NCBI GenBank assembly: GCA_965277715.1
Contig: OZ255836.1
Span: forward strand, 4,064,001-4,128,000
Direction: 5' to 3'
DNA length: 64,000 nt
Source: Gammaproteobacteria bacterium
Lineage (GTDB): Bacteria; Pseudomonadota; Gammaproteobacteria; JBCCGL01
Every line of letters begins with the position of its first letter. Within the stretch, counting starts at the first letter, position 1. The notes beneath the pieces were generated by a model. That model did not search any database, was not told the DNA's origin, and was given only the letters and a program-made list of their open reading frames with translations. The position numbers were made by a program, and so were the translations under genes. Positions 17,162 to 26,788 of the stretch are shown here, one piece after another.

Positions 17162-17455
17162 AAATATAGAGAACCATGCCATAACATAATGTATACCCGT
17201 GCTATTGTTGTGAGAGAAACAGGTATCAGGCATATTTCATTGTATAAAAAGAACTTATACGAGTAGGAAAAAAATCGGGTGGACGATTTTTCATAGCAAT
17301 GCCCTGCTGGATACGGTTTAGATATGATCGTTTCTTTTTTGTGGCATTTTTAACATGATAATTATGACGGGCTGTAAGGTGACACACGGCTTGAAAGTTA
17401 TTAGTGGTCAAGGCACACTGGTAAATTCAAAATAACTTCACCACTCGGGGGCTTT

Positions 17456-18730
17456 ATGAAGCTGGAATCTATTGCACTACACCATGGGTATGAGTCGGAA
17501 GCCACGACTAAAGCGGCGGCGGTACCGATCTACCAGACTACATCTTACACTTTCGATAATACCCAACATGGCGCGGATCTGTTCGATCTCAAGGTAATGG
17601 GGAATATCTATACCCGTATCATGAACCCAACCCAGGATGTTTTAGAACAACGGTTGGCAGAAATGGAAGGCGGTATCGCTGCCCTGGCTACTGCTTCTGG
17701 TATGGCGGCAATCACTTATGCAATTCAATGTATCACCCAGGCTGGCGATAATATTGTCAGTACCAGTGAGCTTTACGGCGGCACTTATAATTTATTTGCT
17801 CACGGACTGCCTAATCAGGGTATTGAGGTGCGAATGGCCTCCGGTGATGATATCGGCGCCCTTGAAGCGTTGATTGATGATAAGACCCGTGCAGTATTTT
17901 GCGAATCAATTGGTAATCCCCTTGGCAATATTGTGGATTTAGCGGCCCTGTCAGAAATGGCGCATCGCCATGGTGTGCCGGTAATTGTCGATAATACTGT
18001 TCCTACCCCTTATCTGTGCCAACCCTTTAACCATGGCTGTGACATCGTTGTTCACTCGCTTACCAAGTATATTGGTGGTCATGGCACGACTATTGGTGGC
18101 GTCATTATTGATTCTGGAAAATTCGATTGGGTGATCAATAAGGATCGATTCCCGATGCTTAACCAGCCCGATCCGTCTTATCATGGTGTGGTCTATACGG
18201 AAGCCCTGGGGCCTGCCGCCTATATTGGGCGTTGCCGCGTAGTGCCGTTACGAAACACCGGTTCTGCCATCGCGCCCCATAGCGCTTTTATGGTGTTGCA
18301 GGGTTTGGAGACATTGGGGTTACGCATTGATCGCCATTGTGAGAATGCGCTGGCTGTGGCCAGTTATTTGTCGGACCATGATCAGGTCAGTTGGGTTAAT
18401 TACGCGGGCCTTGAAAACCACAAACACCATGGGCTTTGCCAAAAGATTACCAGCGGCAGGGCGTCGGGGATTTTGAGCTTTGGTATTCAGGGTGGCGAAG
18501 CAGCGGGTGCAAAGTTTATTGACGCTTTACAAATGATTCTGCGGCTAGTCAATATCGGTGACGCCAAATCACTCGCTTGCCATCCAGCATCCACCACTCA
18601 CCGCCAGCTCGACGATGCCGAACTTGCAACTGCGGGTGTGAGCCGGGATATGGTGCGGATATCGGTGGGTATTGAGCATATCGACGATATTATTGCGGAT
18701 ATCAGTCAGGCGCTGGATGCGGCTGCATAG
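17456..18730 (+). CDS. metY: O-acetylhomoserine/O-acetylserine sulfhydrylase
   Basis: PIYQTTSY, GNIYTRIMNPT, ASGMAAI, HSLTKYIGGHG (PLP Lys), NIGDAKSL.CHPASTTH. Confidence 0.92.
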   Translation: MKLESIALHHGYESEATTKAAAVPIYQTTSYTFDNTQHGADLFDLKVMGNIYTRIMNPTQDVLEQRLAEMEGGIAALATASGMAAITYAIQCITQAGDNIVSTSELYGGTYNLFAHGLPNQGIEVRMASGDDIGALEALIDDKTRAVFCESIGNPLGNIVDLAALSEMAHRHGVPVIVDNTVPTPYLCQPFNHGCDIVVHSLTKYIGGHGTTIGGVIIDSGKFDWVINKDRFPMLNQPDPSYHGVVYTEALGPAAYIGRCRVVPLRNTGSAIAPHSAFMVLQGLETLGLRIDRHCENALAVASYLSDHDQVSWVNYAGLENHKHHGLCQKITSGRASGILSFGIQGGEAAGAKFIDALQMILRLVNIGDAKSLACHPASTTHRQLDDAELATAGVSRDMVRISVGIEHIDDIIADISQALDAAA

Positions 18731-18849
18731 GGTGGTTGTTTGGTGAAATTTGAAAAATGATGCCTATAGAATTAGTTTTGGAATTAAATATAGTCGCCTT
18801 AATATATTTTTGGCTAATATAAATATACTTGATCTCTTTAAATCTCCCA

Positions 18850-18871
18850 TCAACTGCGGAATTTAGGATAA
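18850..18871 (+). repeat. Partial copy of the dispersed CAACTGCGGAATTTAGG repeat
   Basis: TCAACTGCGGAATTTAGGATAA between convergent genes. Confidence 0.75.
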
Positions 18872-18882
18872 CAGGCTTATTG

Positions 18883-19707
18883 TCAGCTTTTAATATTGTT
18901 GATTGGCTGGCTCATCATCTGATGGCCCACTTTTTTCAGCATGGCCCGCGAAGGGTAGTCATTGATCATCAGGCCGCCATCGACAATCAGGGTCTGCCCG
19001 GTTATGAAGGATGCTTCATCACTGGCGAGGAAGAGCACGGCGGCGGCAATTTCATCCGGTGTGCCCATACGGTTGAACAATGATGGCGGCATTTCCCAGC
19101 CACCGTCGCCAGAGGCGGGGATGGCCGCGTCGCGTTCGGTTGAGATCCACCCAGGGCTGACGCCGTTGACGCGAATACCCCGTGGCGCACCCTCGGCGGC
19201 AAAGGCGCGGGTTAGCCCTTCGACACCCGCTTTGGCGATGCAGTAAGTGCCCCAGTTACCGTGCCAGGTGGCCGTGGAGGCGATATTGACAATGGCTGAA
19301 CCGGGTGATGCCGCTAACAGCGGCAGGGTGTGTGCTGAGACGAAATAAGGCGCATCAAGATTGGGGCCACGCATTTTGTCCCAGCGCTGTTTGGGGGTGT
19401 CACTGTCTTCAATACTGGCGCGGCGACCACCAATACCAGCATTGTTGACGAGGATGTTTAAGGCACCAAAATCCCGGGTGATATGTGATGCCATATCGGC
19501 TACTTCGGCCTCACTTGATAAATCAGTCGCATAGAAACGGGCTTCACCCCCAAGGTTGGCCACTTCCTGTAATACGGCCTGGCCTTTTTGTGAGTTGCGG
19601 GCGGCGATGGCTAACCTGGCGCCTTCACGGACAAACCGGTGGACGATTCCCCGGCCAATACCCGAGTTGCCACCGGTGATCAGGGCGTTTTTATTTTTTA
19701 GTCGCAC
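18883..19707 (-). CDS. SDR-family oxidoreductase
   Basis: TGGNSGIG, NNAG, YCIAK (YxxxK), FITGQTLIVDGG. Confidence 0.92.
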   Translation of the reverse strand: MRLKNKNALITGGNSGIGRGIVHRFVREGARLAIAARNSQKGQAVLQEVANLGGEARFYATDLSSEAEVADMASHITRDFGALNILVNNAGIGGRRASIEDSDTPKQRWDKMRGPNLDAPYFVSAHTLPLLAASPGSAIVNIASTATWHGNWGTYCIAKAGVEGLTRAFAAEGAPRGIRVNGVSPGWISTERDAAIPASGDGGWEMPPSLFNRMGTPDEIAAAVLFLASDEASFITGQTLIVDGGLMINDYPSRAMLKKVGHQMMSQPINNIKS

Positions 19708-19723
19708 AGTGTTTTCCTATAAA

Positions 19724-21094
19724 TTAAGGGTGTATGCGGAGCATTAGCCGCGAAGTGCGCATCATCAAATACAGGCGTATAGACAACAAAATAGACGCAA
19801 CCATTAAGCCCGCTGCCAGTCCCCACCAAATGCCTTTGGCGCCGTAACCCAAAATAAACCCGGTGGTATAACCACCGCCCAGTCCACACAGCCAATACCC
19901 CCCTGTGGCGATCCACATGGGGACCAGGGTGTCTTTTAAGCCGCGTAAAGCCCAGCCGGCAACCACCTGCAAACCATCAAAAAACTGAAATACGGCCGCA
20001 ATGGCGGTGAGTGCCACGGCAATTTCAACGGTGTTTGCGTTATGTGCGGCATCGATGTCGATAAAAATAGCGACGATAGTGTATGGAAAATACCATAACA
20101 GCAGCGCGGAGATGATCATCACTGTTGAGCCGAGCGCCACAGCCATCAGGGCGTTCCACTGTACGGATGGCAGGTTTCCCGTACCGATATGAAAAGCGAT
20201 GCGTATTGCCGCCGCTTCACCGACTGCCGCCGCGATGACAAAGGTTGTCGCCAGTAAGTGAAATAGGATTTCATTGGCTGCCAGCCAGTCGGCGCCCAAT
20301 GTGCCCATTAAAATACCCACCACTACAAACAGCCCACCTTCCAGAAAAGCGGTGACGCCAGCGGGAACCCCCAGGCGCAGGATTGACTGGCAAATGGCAA
20401 GGTTAATCTGGCGGATGGAATGAAATACGTTAAAGGCACGGCACTCCCGGTCGGCACGGGTATACAGTAATAGCGCAATAAACATTATGGCATTTACCAC
20501 GCTGATGCTGATTCCAGCCCCGGCGACTCCGAGTTTGGGTAGCCCAAACTGGCCCAGTACCAGCGCATAGTTAATCAGTAAATTTAAACTGATTGCGGGA
20601 ATCGTCACGTACAGCACAATACGGGGTTTCGATAGCACCACGAGAAAATTGCGCAGTACCACAAAGCCGAGGGCAAACGGTATAAACCATACGGCCCATG
20701 TAACGTATTCACCGGCGAGCCGAGTCACTTCAGGGTCTTGCCCTGTCGCGCTGAAAATAGTGGAAATACTCAGGCCAAAGATGATCGCCAGCACAGATAA
20801 ACCCGCCGCGACCCAGAAGCCCTGCACGACAATCTGGGTAACAGCCCCCCGATTGCCACTGCCCAACGATTGCGAGCTGAGTACGCTGACCATCGATAAA
20901 ATACCGAAGCACACCAGTACAAACTCGACCAGCATACCGACTGCCAGGCCAACCGCCGCCAACTCGGTACTGCCAAGCCTGCCGACGATGATCATATTGG
21001 TCACGCCCATTGCCACCTCTGTGAGGTAGTACAGGGCCAGTGGTGAGGTAATCCTGAGAAGCTGAATGAACTCCTGGATTTTTTGTCCGTGCAT
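19724..21094 (-). CDS. MATE-family efflux transporter (NorM-like)
   Basis: Multi-TM; GRLGSTELAAVGL, PKLGVAGAG, FQFFDGLQVV..ALRGLKDT..PM. Confidence 0.9.
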   Translation of the reverse strand: MHGQKIQEFIQLLRITSPLALYYLTEVAMGVTNMIIVGRLGSTELAAVGLAVGMLVEFVLVCFGILSMVSVLSSQSLGSGNRGAVTQIVVQGFWVAAGLSVLAIIFGLSISTIFSATGQDPEVTRLAGEYVTWAVWFIPFALGFVVLRNFLVVLSKPRIVLYVTIPAISLNLLINYALVLGQFGLPKLGVAGAGISISVVNAIMFIALLLYTRADRECRAFNVFHSIRQINLAICQSILRLGVPAGVTAFLEGGLFVVVGILMGTLGADWLAANEILFHLLATTFVIAAAVGEAAAIRIAFHIGTGNLPSVQWNALMAVALGSTVMIISALLLWYFPYTIVAIFIDIDAAHNANTVEIAVALTAIAAVFQFFDGLQVVAGWALRGLKDTLVPMWIATGGYWLCGLGGGYTTGFILGYGAKGIWWGLAAGLMVASILLSIRLYLMMRTSRLMLRIHP

Positions 21095-21098
21095 ATGC

Positions 21099-21737
21099 CT
21101 AACGTTTCTGCATAACGTAGTACATCGCATCCGGTGTGCTGTTTTCGAAGTAGATGTCGTGGATGAGGTTGGCCGTGTGTACCTGGCCCGATTGGTTCAG
21201 TGCGTCAATTTTGTCGGCAAACCCATGTTGGTTCCAGATGGATTGGTGGATGGTACAAACCAAATACCCACCGGGTTTGATAATGCGAAAAATTTCATCC
21301 AGCGGCTCTGCCCCGACATGGCCGTGGGTGAAGGTGCCTGAACTGATGGCTGCATCGTAGTGGGCGTCGGCAATTGCCAGCGGTTGGTTGAGGTCGGCCT
21401 GTATCAGTGACTGGTAAAAATTGCGTGTGCGGGCCTGTTCCAGCATCGCCGCAGAAAAATCCAGCCCGTCGATATGCTGATAGCCCGCAGTTGCCAGGTC
21501 GATGCTGGTCAGGCCAGTGCCACAGCCGATGTCAAGTATACGGGCGCTGTGATCGCTTATGTATTGCATAAATAAAGCCGCTGTTTTTGCCGGTGCGACA
21601 TAGCTTAGCCCCTGCTCCAGTTGGGTGTCATACTCGCTTGCCCAGTTGCTGTAAAAGTCCTGCATATCCTGGTCGGTGGCGAGGTGGTAAGCCTCCTGTA
21701 AAAATTGGTTGGTGCGGTCTTTAGGGGTATTTGTCAT
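21099..21737 (-). CDS. Class I SAM-dependent methyltransferase
   Basis: FYSNWASEYD, ILDIGCGTG, GLDFSAAML, GTFTHGHV. Confidence 0.9.
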   Translation of the reverse strand: MTNTPKDRTNQFLQEAYHLATDQDMQDFYSNWASEYDTQLEQGLSYVAPAKTAALFMQYISDHSARILDIGCGTGLTSIDLATAGYQHIDGLDFSAAMLEQARTRNFYQSLIQADLNQPLAIADAHYDAAISSGTFTHGHVGAEPLDEIFRIIKPGGYLVCTIHQSIWNQHGFADKIDALNQSGQVHTANLIHDIYFENSTPDAMYYVMQKR

Positions 21738-21808
21738 GGTGGGTCACTGGGCTGTGTGTCGGTCAATTGCATTTTTATTGCTTTGATTGACCGGTTTGTT
21801 GTGCGTGT

Positions 21809-22210
21809 TTATTGTAAAAAAATATTGCCTTCTAAAACGCTCGCCTTGTAATAAGTGTCACCGGATTGCCAGTAGAGATCCTTGCCCAGCACTAATAGGT
21901 TGTAACAGGTTTCCTGGGATGACGGCGGCCATACAGAGCAGTATTGCCCCCCGGCGTTGACGCGCCAGCGGCCAGTGCTTGGCCGCGCTCCCGCTTCCTG
22001 GTAGTTGGTTGAGCCACTCGCTGAAAAATATTGCTGGTACGGGCGCCCCGCCCAAAGGCCTTCGGTGGAGTTACCTGAAATCAGGTCCAGCAGTTGCTGT
22101 TGACTGGGGGCAGCGGCTTCTGCCGGTGGCTGCCCGGCACGCAGTGCCGTAGTGTATAAAGCGCATATAATGCAGCTTAATGGTATTAATAAACAGTATT
22201 TACGTAACAT
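21809..22210 (-). CDS. Secreted hypothetical protein (DUF995-like)
   Basis: Signal peptide; LISGNS, QYF..SG, GRWRV...QYCSVWPP...CY. Confidence 0.65.
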   Translation of the reverse strand: MLRKYCLLIPLSCIICALYTTALRAGQPPAEAAAPSQQQLLDLISGNSTEGLWAGRPYQQYFSASGSTNYQEAGARPSTGRWRVNAGGQYCSVWPPSSQETCYNLLVLGKDLYWQSGDTYYKASVLEGNIFLQ

Positions 22211-22422
22211 TTTGAGCGCCTCGTTGTTTCAGGTGTATTTAGCCTATTTGCCCGGTTGATGGCAAGCCCGGATATGCATGCCGGGCCACTTGGGCAGGGG
22301 CATCAAACGAATTTTTGAAACAACCCGTACTGCCAATGACGGACGGCCAGTAGCATGGTTGTGCCGCGCTTTTCCGCCAGCGGTAACGGTGCGTCCTGCT
22401 GCATTATTTCATTTGCACCAGA

Positions 22423-22459
22423 TGGTCGCAGTAGATTCAACTGCGGAATTTAGGTTTAA
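22423..22459 (+). repeat. Dispersed repeat copy
   Basis: TGGTCGCAGTAGATTCAACTGCGGAATTTAGGTTTAA, identical to 38151-38187. Confidence 0.9.
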
Positions 22460-22465
22460 TAATCA

Positions 22466-22628
22466 GGAGTCTGTCGGGTTCAGGACTACTCTACTGCGGG
22501 AAAGCCGATTTGGCCCTTTTTTGCATAATATTTCATCACACTAGAACCACTATGCTCCTCAATAGTGCGCAAAAAATGACTCAAATCGGTCTTTCCCTCG
22601 CTACGAGCGGCTAAACCCGACAGACTCC
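22466..22628. mobile_element. 163-bp MITE
   Basis: Perfect 15-bp IR GGAGTCTGTCGGGTT / AACCCGACAGACTCC with nested imperfect inner IR (GGGAAAGCCGATTTG / CAAATCGGTCTTTCCC); CA on both flanks. Confidence 0.8.
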
Positions 22629-22646
22629 CAAACGGCGGGCAAACGA

Positions 22647-25600
22647 ATGAAAAAAATAATGGTGATGGCAGGTGCGCTACCGTTTTTTATCGCGGTATTT
22701 TTGAATGCATTTGTCGATCTTGGCCACAAGATCATTATCCAGAATACGGTTTTTAAGGTCTACGATGGGCAGGAGCAGGTGGTGTTGACGGCTATCGTCA
22801 ACGGTTTGATTCTGTTGCCGTTTATTCTGTTGTTCAGCCCGGCGGGGTTTGCCTCAGACCGGTTTCCGAAAACACGGGTGATGCGTTTATCGGCCTGGGC
22901 GGCGGTGCTGTTGACAGCAGGTATCACGGTTAGTTATGCGCTGGGGTGGTTTTGGGTCTCGTTTGCGATGACGTTTTTACTGGCGGTGCAGTCGGCGTTT
23001 TATTCCCCCGCCAAATTTGCTTACATCAAGGTGTTCTTTGGTCGTGAACGTTTAGCCGAGATTAACGGTGTGGTACAGGCGGTCTCCATTGTCGCTATTT
23101 TGTGTGGCACCTTGTTATTTTCGGTTTTGTTTGAAGCCTGGTTTCCCGGCGGTACAGGCGATAAGGCAAAGGTGTTGCAGGCGATACTGCCGGTCGGGTT
23201 TATGCTGGTCGCCTGTAGTGTGGTCGAGCTGCTCATGGTGTACCGGTTGCCGAATCCTGAATTGTCGGCAGAATCATCAGATCAGGCGGTTCAGTTTGAT
23301 GTAAAACGTTACTTGAGCGGTGGTTTACTCAAAGCCAATTTACACCCCGTTTGGCAAAAGGAGGCGATCCGCCTGTCGATTATTGGTCTGGCCACATTCT
23401 GGTCGATAGGGCAGGTTATGCTGGCCGCTTTCCCCGCGTTTGCCAAAGCGCAAACGGGTGAAACCAATACCGTTATTATCCAGGCGATTATCGCCGCCTC
23501 CGGGGTGGGCATTGCGTTAGGTGCTGCACTGGCGGGCCGTTTTTCACGCAATTATATCGAGACAGGCTTTATTCCACTGGGGGCGGTGGGCCTCGCGCTG
23601 GGTTTGTTTGTGCTGCCCGGTTTGCAGTCGCTGGTGTGGATGGCGGTTTGTTTTCTGGTGATTGGTGTGATGGGTGGTCTGTTTATCGTGCCATTAAACG
23701 CGATGGTTCAATACCATGCCGATGACAAGGCGCTGGGTAATACCTTGTCTGCAAATAATTTTATCCAGAATATCGCGATGTTGTCATTTCTTTGCGTGAC
23801 TGTCGGGTTTTCGATGATGGGTATTGGCGGGCAGGCGCTGTTGATGTCGATGGGGGTGCTGGCGCTGATCGGTGGCTGTTATACCGTGTACAAATTACCA
23901 CAGAGTCTGGTGCGTATTTTGTTGTCACTGCTGATGAGTAACCATTACAAAATCGCGGTGCAGGGAATGAAAAACGTACCGCAAAGTGGTGGTGTGTTGT
24001 TGCTCGGCAATCATATAAGCTGGATTGATTGGGCTATTTTACAACTGGCCTGCCCACGCCCGGTGCGCTTTGTCATGCATAAACGCATTTATGAACTGTG
24101 GTATCTGCGTTGGTTTTTTAAGTTGTTTGGCTGTATTCCCATTGAATCGGGTATCAGTAGTGGTGAGTCTTTGCAGCAGATAGCCCGGATGCTAAACGAT
24201 GGACAGGTGGCTTGCCTGTTTCCTGAAGGAATGATTAGTCGCACAGGTCATTTTGCTGAGTTTCGCAGTGGCTATGAGCGCGCCGCTGCAGCGGCCGACG
24301 ATACGGTAAAAATTGTGCCCTTCTATTTGCGCGGTCTATGGGGCAGCCATTTCTCACTGGCCTCTGATCACTTGAAAAAGACACCTGTAAAAGGCTTCCG
24401 CCGTGAACTGGTGGTCGCCTTTGGCCCGGCTATCGATAAACAAACCAGGGCGGATGTGGTAAAGCGCCGCGTGTTCGATTTATCGATCAGTTCGTGGCGC
24501 CACTACGCCGAAACCCTGCCGCCAATTCCCAATGCCTGGATCGATACCGTAAAACGGCAAAGGGGCGCGATTGCGATTGCCGATACGATGGGCGCCCCCC
24601 TATCGGCGACTCGGGCACTGACGGCGGCTATTGCATTTTCGCGCCGAATTAAAAAAATCAGCCATGAGAATACTGTGGGTTTGCTGATGCCCACCAGCGC
24701 AGGGGGTGTGCTGGCGAATATGGCGGGCCTGTTGGCGGGGAAAATTATTGTCAATTTAAATTATACCGCCAGTGCTGAAGCATTCGCCTCTGCCTTGCAG
24801 CAGGCGGAAATAAAAACGGTTTATACATCTAAGCGCTTCCTTAAAAAATTGCAGGGGCGGGGCATTGATTTTTCAGCGCAGCTTGAAAATATCGAGGTTG
24901 TTTACCTGGAAACGCTGAAAGAAGGTATTTCAAAACTGGAATTGATCGCGACGATGTCAGCGGTGAAATGCCTGCCCGCATTGGTATTGAAAAAAGTGTT
25001 TGCCAGCAGTACCCCGCCGGACAATACGGCGGTTATTTTATTTTCCAGCGGCAGTGAGGGTTTGCCTAAGGGCATTCGCCTGAGCCATACCAATGTTATG
25101 GCAAACCTTAAACAAATAGCCGAAGTGCTCAATGCTAAAAACGAGGATGTGGTGATGGCATCGCTGCCGCTGTTTCACGCGTTTGGTTTAACGGTCACAC
25201 AGTTTATGCCACTGATCGAGGGTATGCCACTGGTGTGCCACGCCGACCCAACTGATGCCCTGGGTATTGCCAAAGCGATCGCCAGGTACCGGGTGAGTGT
25301 CTTGTGCGCTACATCGACTTTTTTACGCTTGTATTGCCGCAATAAAAAAGTGCATCCACTGATGTTAGACAGTTTACGCGTTGTGGTTTCCGGTGCAGAG
25401 AAACTCAACCCCGATGTGCGTGAGGCGTTTAAATTAAAATTTAATAAAACCGTTTATGAAGGTTTTGGTGCCAGCGAGACCACCCCTGTTGCCAGTGTTA
25501 ATGTGCCGGATTCATTGGATGTGGACAGTTGGCGGGTGCAGCGTGGGGATAAGGTGGGCACGGTGGGTATGCCATTACCGGGCACCAGTTTTAAAATTGT

Positions 25601-26144
25601 CGACCCGGAAACGTTTGACGAATTACCCTCGGGTGACAGTGGCATGATTTTGATTGGTGGTGTGCAGGTGATGCAGGGTTATTTGCACGATAAGGGCAAG
25701 TGTAGCGAAGCGATTAAAATCATTGATGGGGTGCGTTGGTATGTGACCGGGGATAAGGGATATATCGACCGCGATGGTTTTTTGAGTATTGTTGACCGGT
25801 ACTCGCGTTTCGCCAAGCTGGGGGGTGAAATGATTAGTTTATCTGCGGTCGAACGGGCTGTCGGTGACGCCCTGCAGTCGCATATCGAGGCCTGTGATAT
25901 TGATGTTGTTGCAGTAAACCTTCCCGATGAGAAAAAGGGTGAGCAGATCATTTTACTCACAGCGTCGGCATTTGATCTCGATACTTTGCGCAAGGCGATG
26001 CTGGCAAATGAATGCAGTGCGCTGTTAATTCCAGCGGTAGTGATAAAGGTGGATGCACTGCCCAAGCTTGGCTCGGGAAAGGCTGATTTTTCTGCTGCGA
26101 AACAGTTGGCCGTTGAGCACAGTACAAAACGGGGGGTGGCTTAG
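22647..26144 (+). CDS. aas: Acyl-[ACP]-phospholipid O-acyltransferase/acyl-ACP synthetase with N-terminal MFS (Aas-type fusion)
   Basis: MFS TM region, PlsC motifs NHISWID and FPEG, AMP-binding FSSGSEGLPKG, YEGFGASET, TGDKG, DRYSRFAKLGGEM. Confidence 0.88.
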   Translation: MKKIMVMAGALPFFIAVFLNAFVDLGHKIIIQNTVFKVYDGQEQVVLTAIVNGLILLPFILLFSPAGFASDRFPKTRVMRLSAWAAVLLTAGITVSYALGWFWVSFAMTFLLAVQSAFYSPAKFAYIKVFFGRERLAEINGVVQAVSIVAILCGTLLFSVLFEAWFPGGTGDKAKVLQAILPVGFMLVACSVVELLMVYRLPNPELSAESSDQAVQFDVKRYLSGGLLKANLHPVWQKEAIRLSIIGLATFWSIGQVMLAAFPAFAKAQTGETNTVIIQAIIAASGVGIALGAALAGRFSRNYIETGFIPLGAVGLALGLFVLPGLQSLVWMAVCFLVIGVMGGLFIVPLNAMVQYHADDKALGNTLSANNFIQNIAMLSFLCVTVGFSMMGIGGQALLMSMGVLALIGGCYTVYKLPQSLVRILLSLLMSNHYKIAVQGMKNVPQSGGVLLLGNHISWIDWAILQLACPRPVRFVMHKRIYELWYLRWFFKLFGCIPIESGISSGESLQQIARMLNDGQVACLFPEGMISRTGHFAEFRSGYERAAAAADDTVKIVPFYLRGLWGSHFSLASDHLKKTPVKGFRRELVVAFGPAIDKQTRADVVKRRVFDLSISSWRHYAETLPPIPNAWIDTVKRQRGAIAIADTMGAPLSATRALTAAIAFSRRIKKISHENTVGLLMPTSAGGVLANMAGLLAGKIIVNLNYTASAEAFASALQQAEIKTVYTSKRFLKKLQGRGIDFSAQLENIEVVYLETLKEGISKLELIATMSAVKCLPALVLKKVFASSTPPDNTAVILFSSGSEGLPKGIRLSHTNVMANLKQIAEVLNAKNEDVVMASLPLFHAFGLTVTQFMPLIEGMPLVCHADPTDALGIAKAIARYRVSVLCATSTFLRLYCRNKKVHPLMLDSLRVVVSGAEKLNPDVREAFKLKFNKTVYEGFGASETTPVASVNVPDSLDVDSWRVQRGDKVGTVGMPLPGTSFKIVDPETFDELPSGDSGMILIGGVQVMQGYLHDKGKCSEAIKIIDGVRWYVTGDKGYIDRDGFLSIVDRYSRFAKLGGEMISLSAVERAVGDALQSHIEACDIDVVAVNLPDEKKGEQIILLTASAFDLDTLRKAMLANECSALLIPAVVIKVDALPKLGSGKADFSAAKQLAVEHSTKRGVA

Positions 26145-26179
26145 TACACCGTCTAACTGATAATGCAGACGGTGTACTA
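26142..26179. terminator. Perfect 13-bp hairpin between convergent aas and slyD
   Basis: TAGTACACCGTCT...AGACGGTGTACTA, beginning at the aas stop codon; no U-tract. Confidence 0.55.
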
Positions 26180-26184
26180 GACCC

Positions 26185-26700
26185 CTAGTGTAATACTGGC
26201 CCTGAAGCCCCCTTGGCGAGTTCCTCTGCGCTGGCATCACGCACTTGTTTCACCGTGAGAATGTAGCTGATGGTCTGCCCTGCCAGTGGGTGGTTGCCAT
26301 CCAGGGTTATCTGGCTGTCGGTTATTTTAGTGACGCGGAATTTTTTTATATCGCCACTGTCACTCTGAAACTCAGCCTCTGCACCCATGTAGCGAAATTC
26401 TTCCGGTACATTATCGATGTCATCGACAAACAGCAGTTCGGGGCGCGGTTCACCAAAGGCTTCTTCCGGTGTGAGTTTCAGTTCGACGGTATCACCTATT
26501 GAGGCACCTGCCAGGGCGCGCTCAATAACTGGAATAACCTGATTGTCAGTACCGTGTATATAGGCGATGGGCAGGTCGATGCGTTCGACGATTTCACCGA
26601 GTGCGTTGTTGATCTGGTAGGTAACTTCAACATATTTGTGCTTGCTTATGACTTGTGACACGGTATCCTCGGTAGTTATTACAAATTCTGGTCGGGGCAA
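26185..26700 (-). CDS. slyD: FKBP-type peptidyl-prolyl isomerase, SlyD-like (no long His tail)
   Basis: YIHG...IP.IERALAG...L.PEEAFG, LDGNHPLAGQ, VRDASAEEL. Confidence 0.82.
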   Translation of the reverse strand: MPRPEFVITTEDTVSQVISKHKYVEVTYQINNALGEIVERIDLPIAYIHGTDNQVIPVIERALAGASIGDTVELKLTPEEAFGEPRPELLFVDDIDNVPEEFRYMGAEAEFQSDSGDIKKFRVTKITDSQITLDGNHPLAGQTISYILTVKQVRDASAEELAKGASGPVLH

Positions 26701-26788
26701 TGCAACGGCACGGCCAGCCTATAATACAGAGGTTTTACGCGGTAGTGCATGTGCATCGCGCTATTGTTAAAAACAAAGGCTGAGCAAA

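Noticed and set aside
17300-17455. SAM/SAH riboswitch upstream of metY
   Set aside because: No recognisable conserved riboswitch core by eye; an Rfam scan would be needed.
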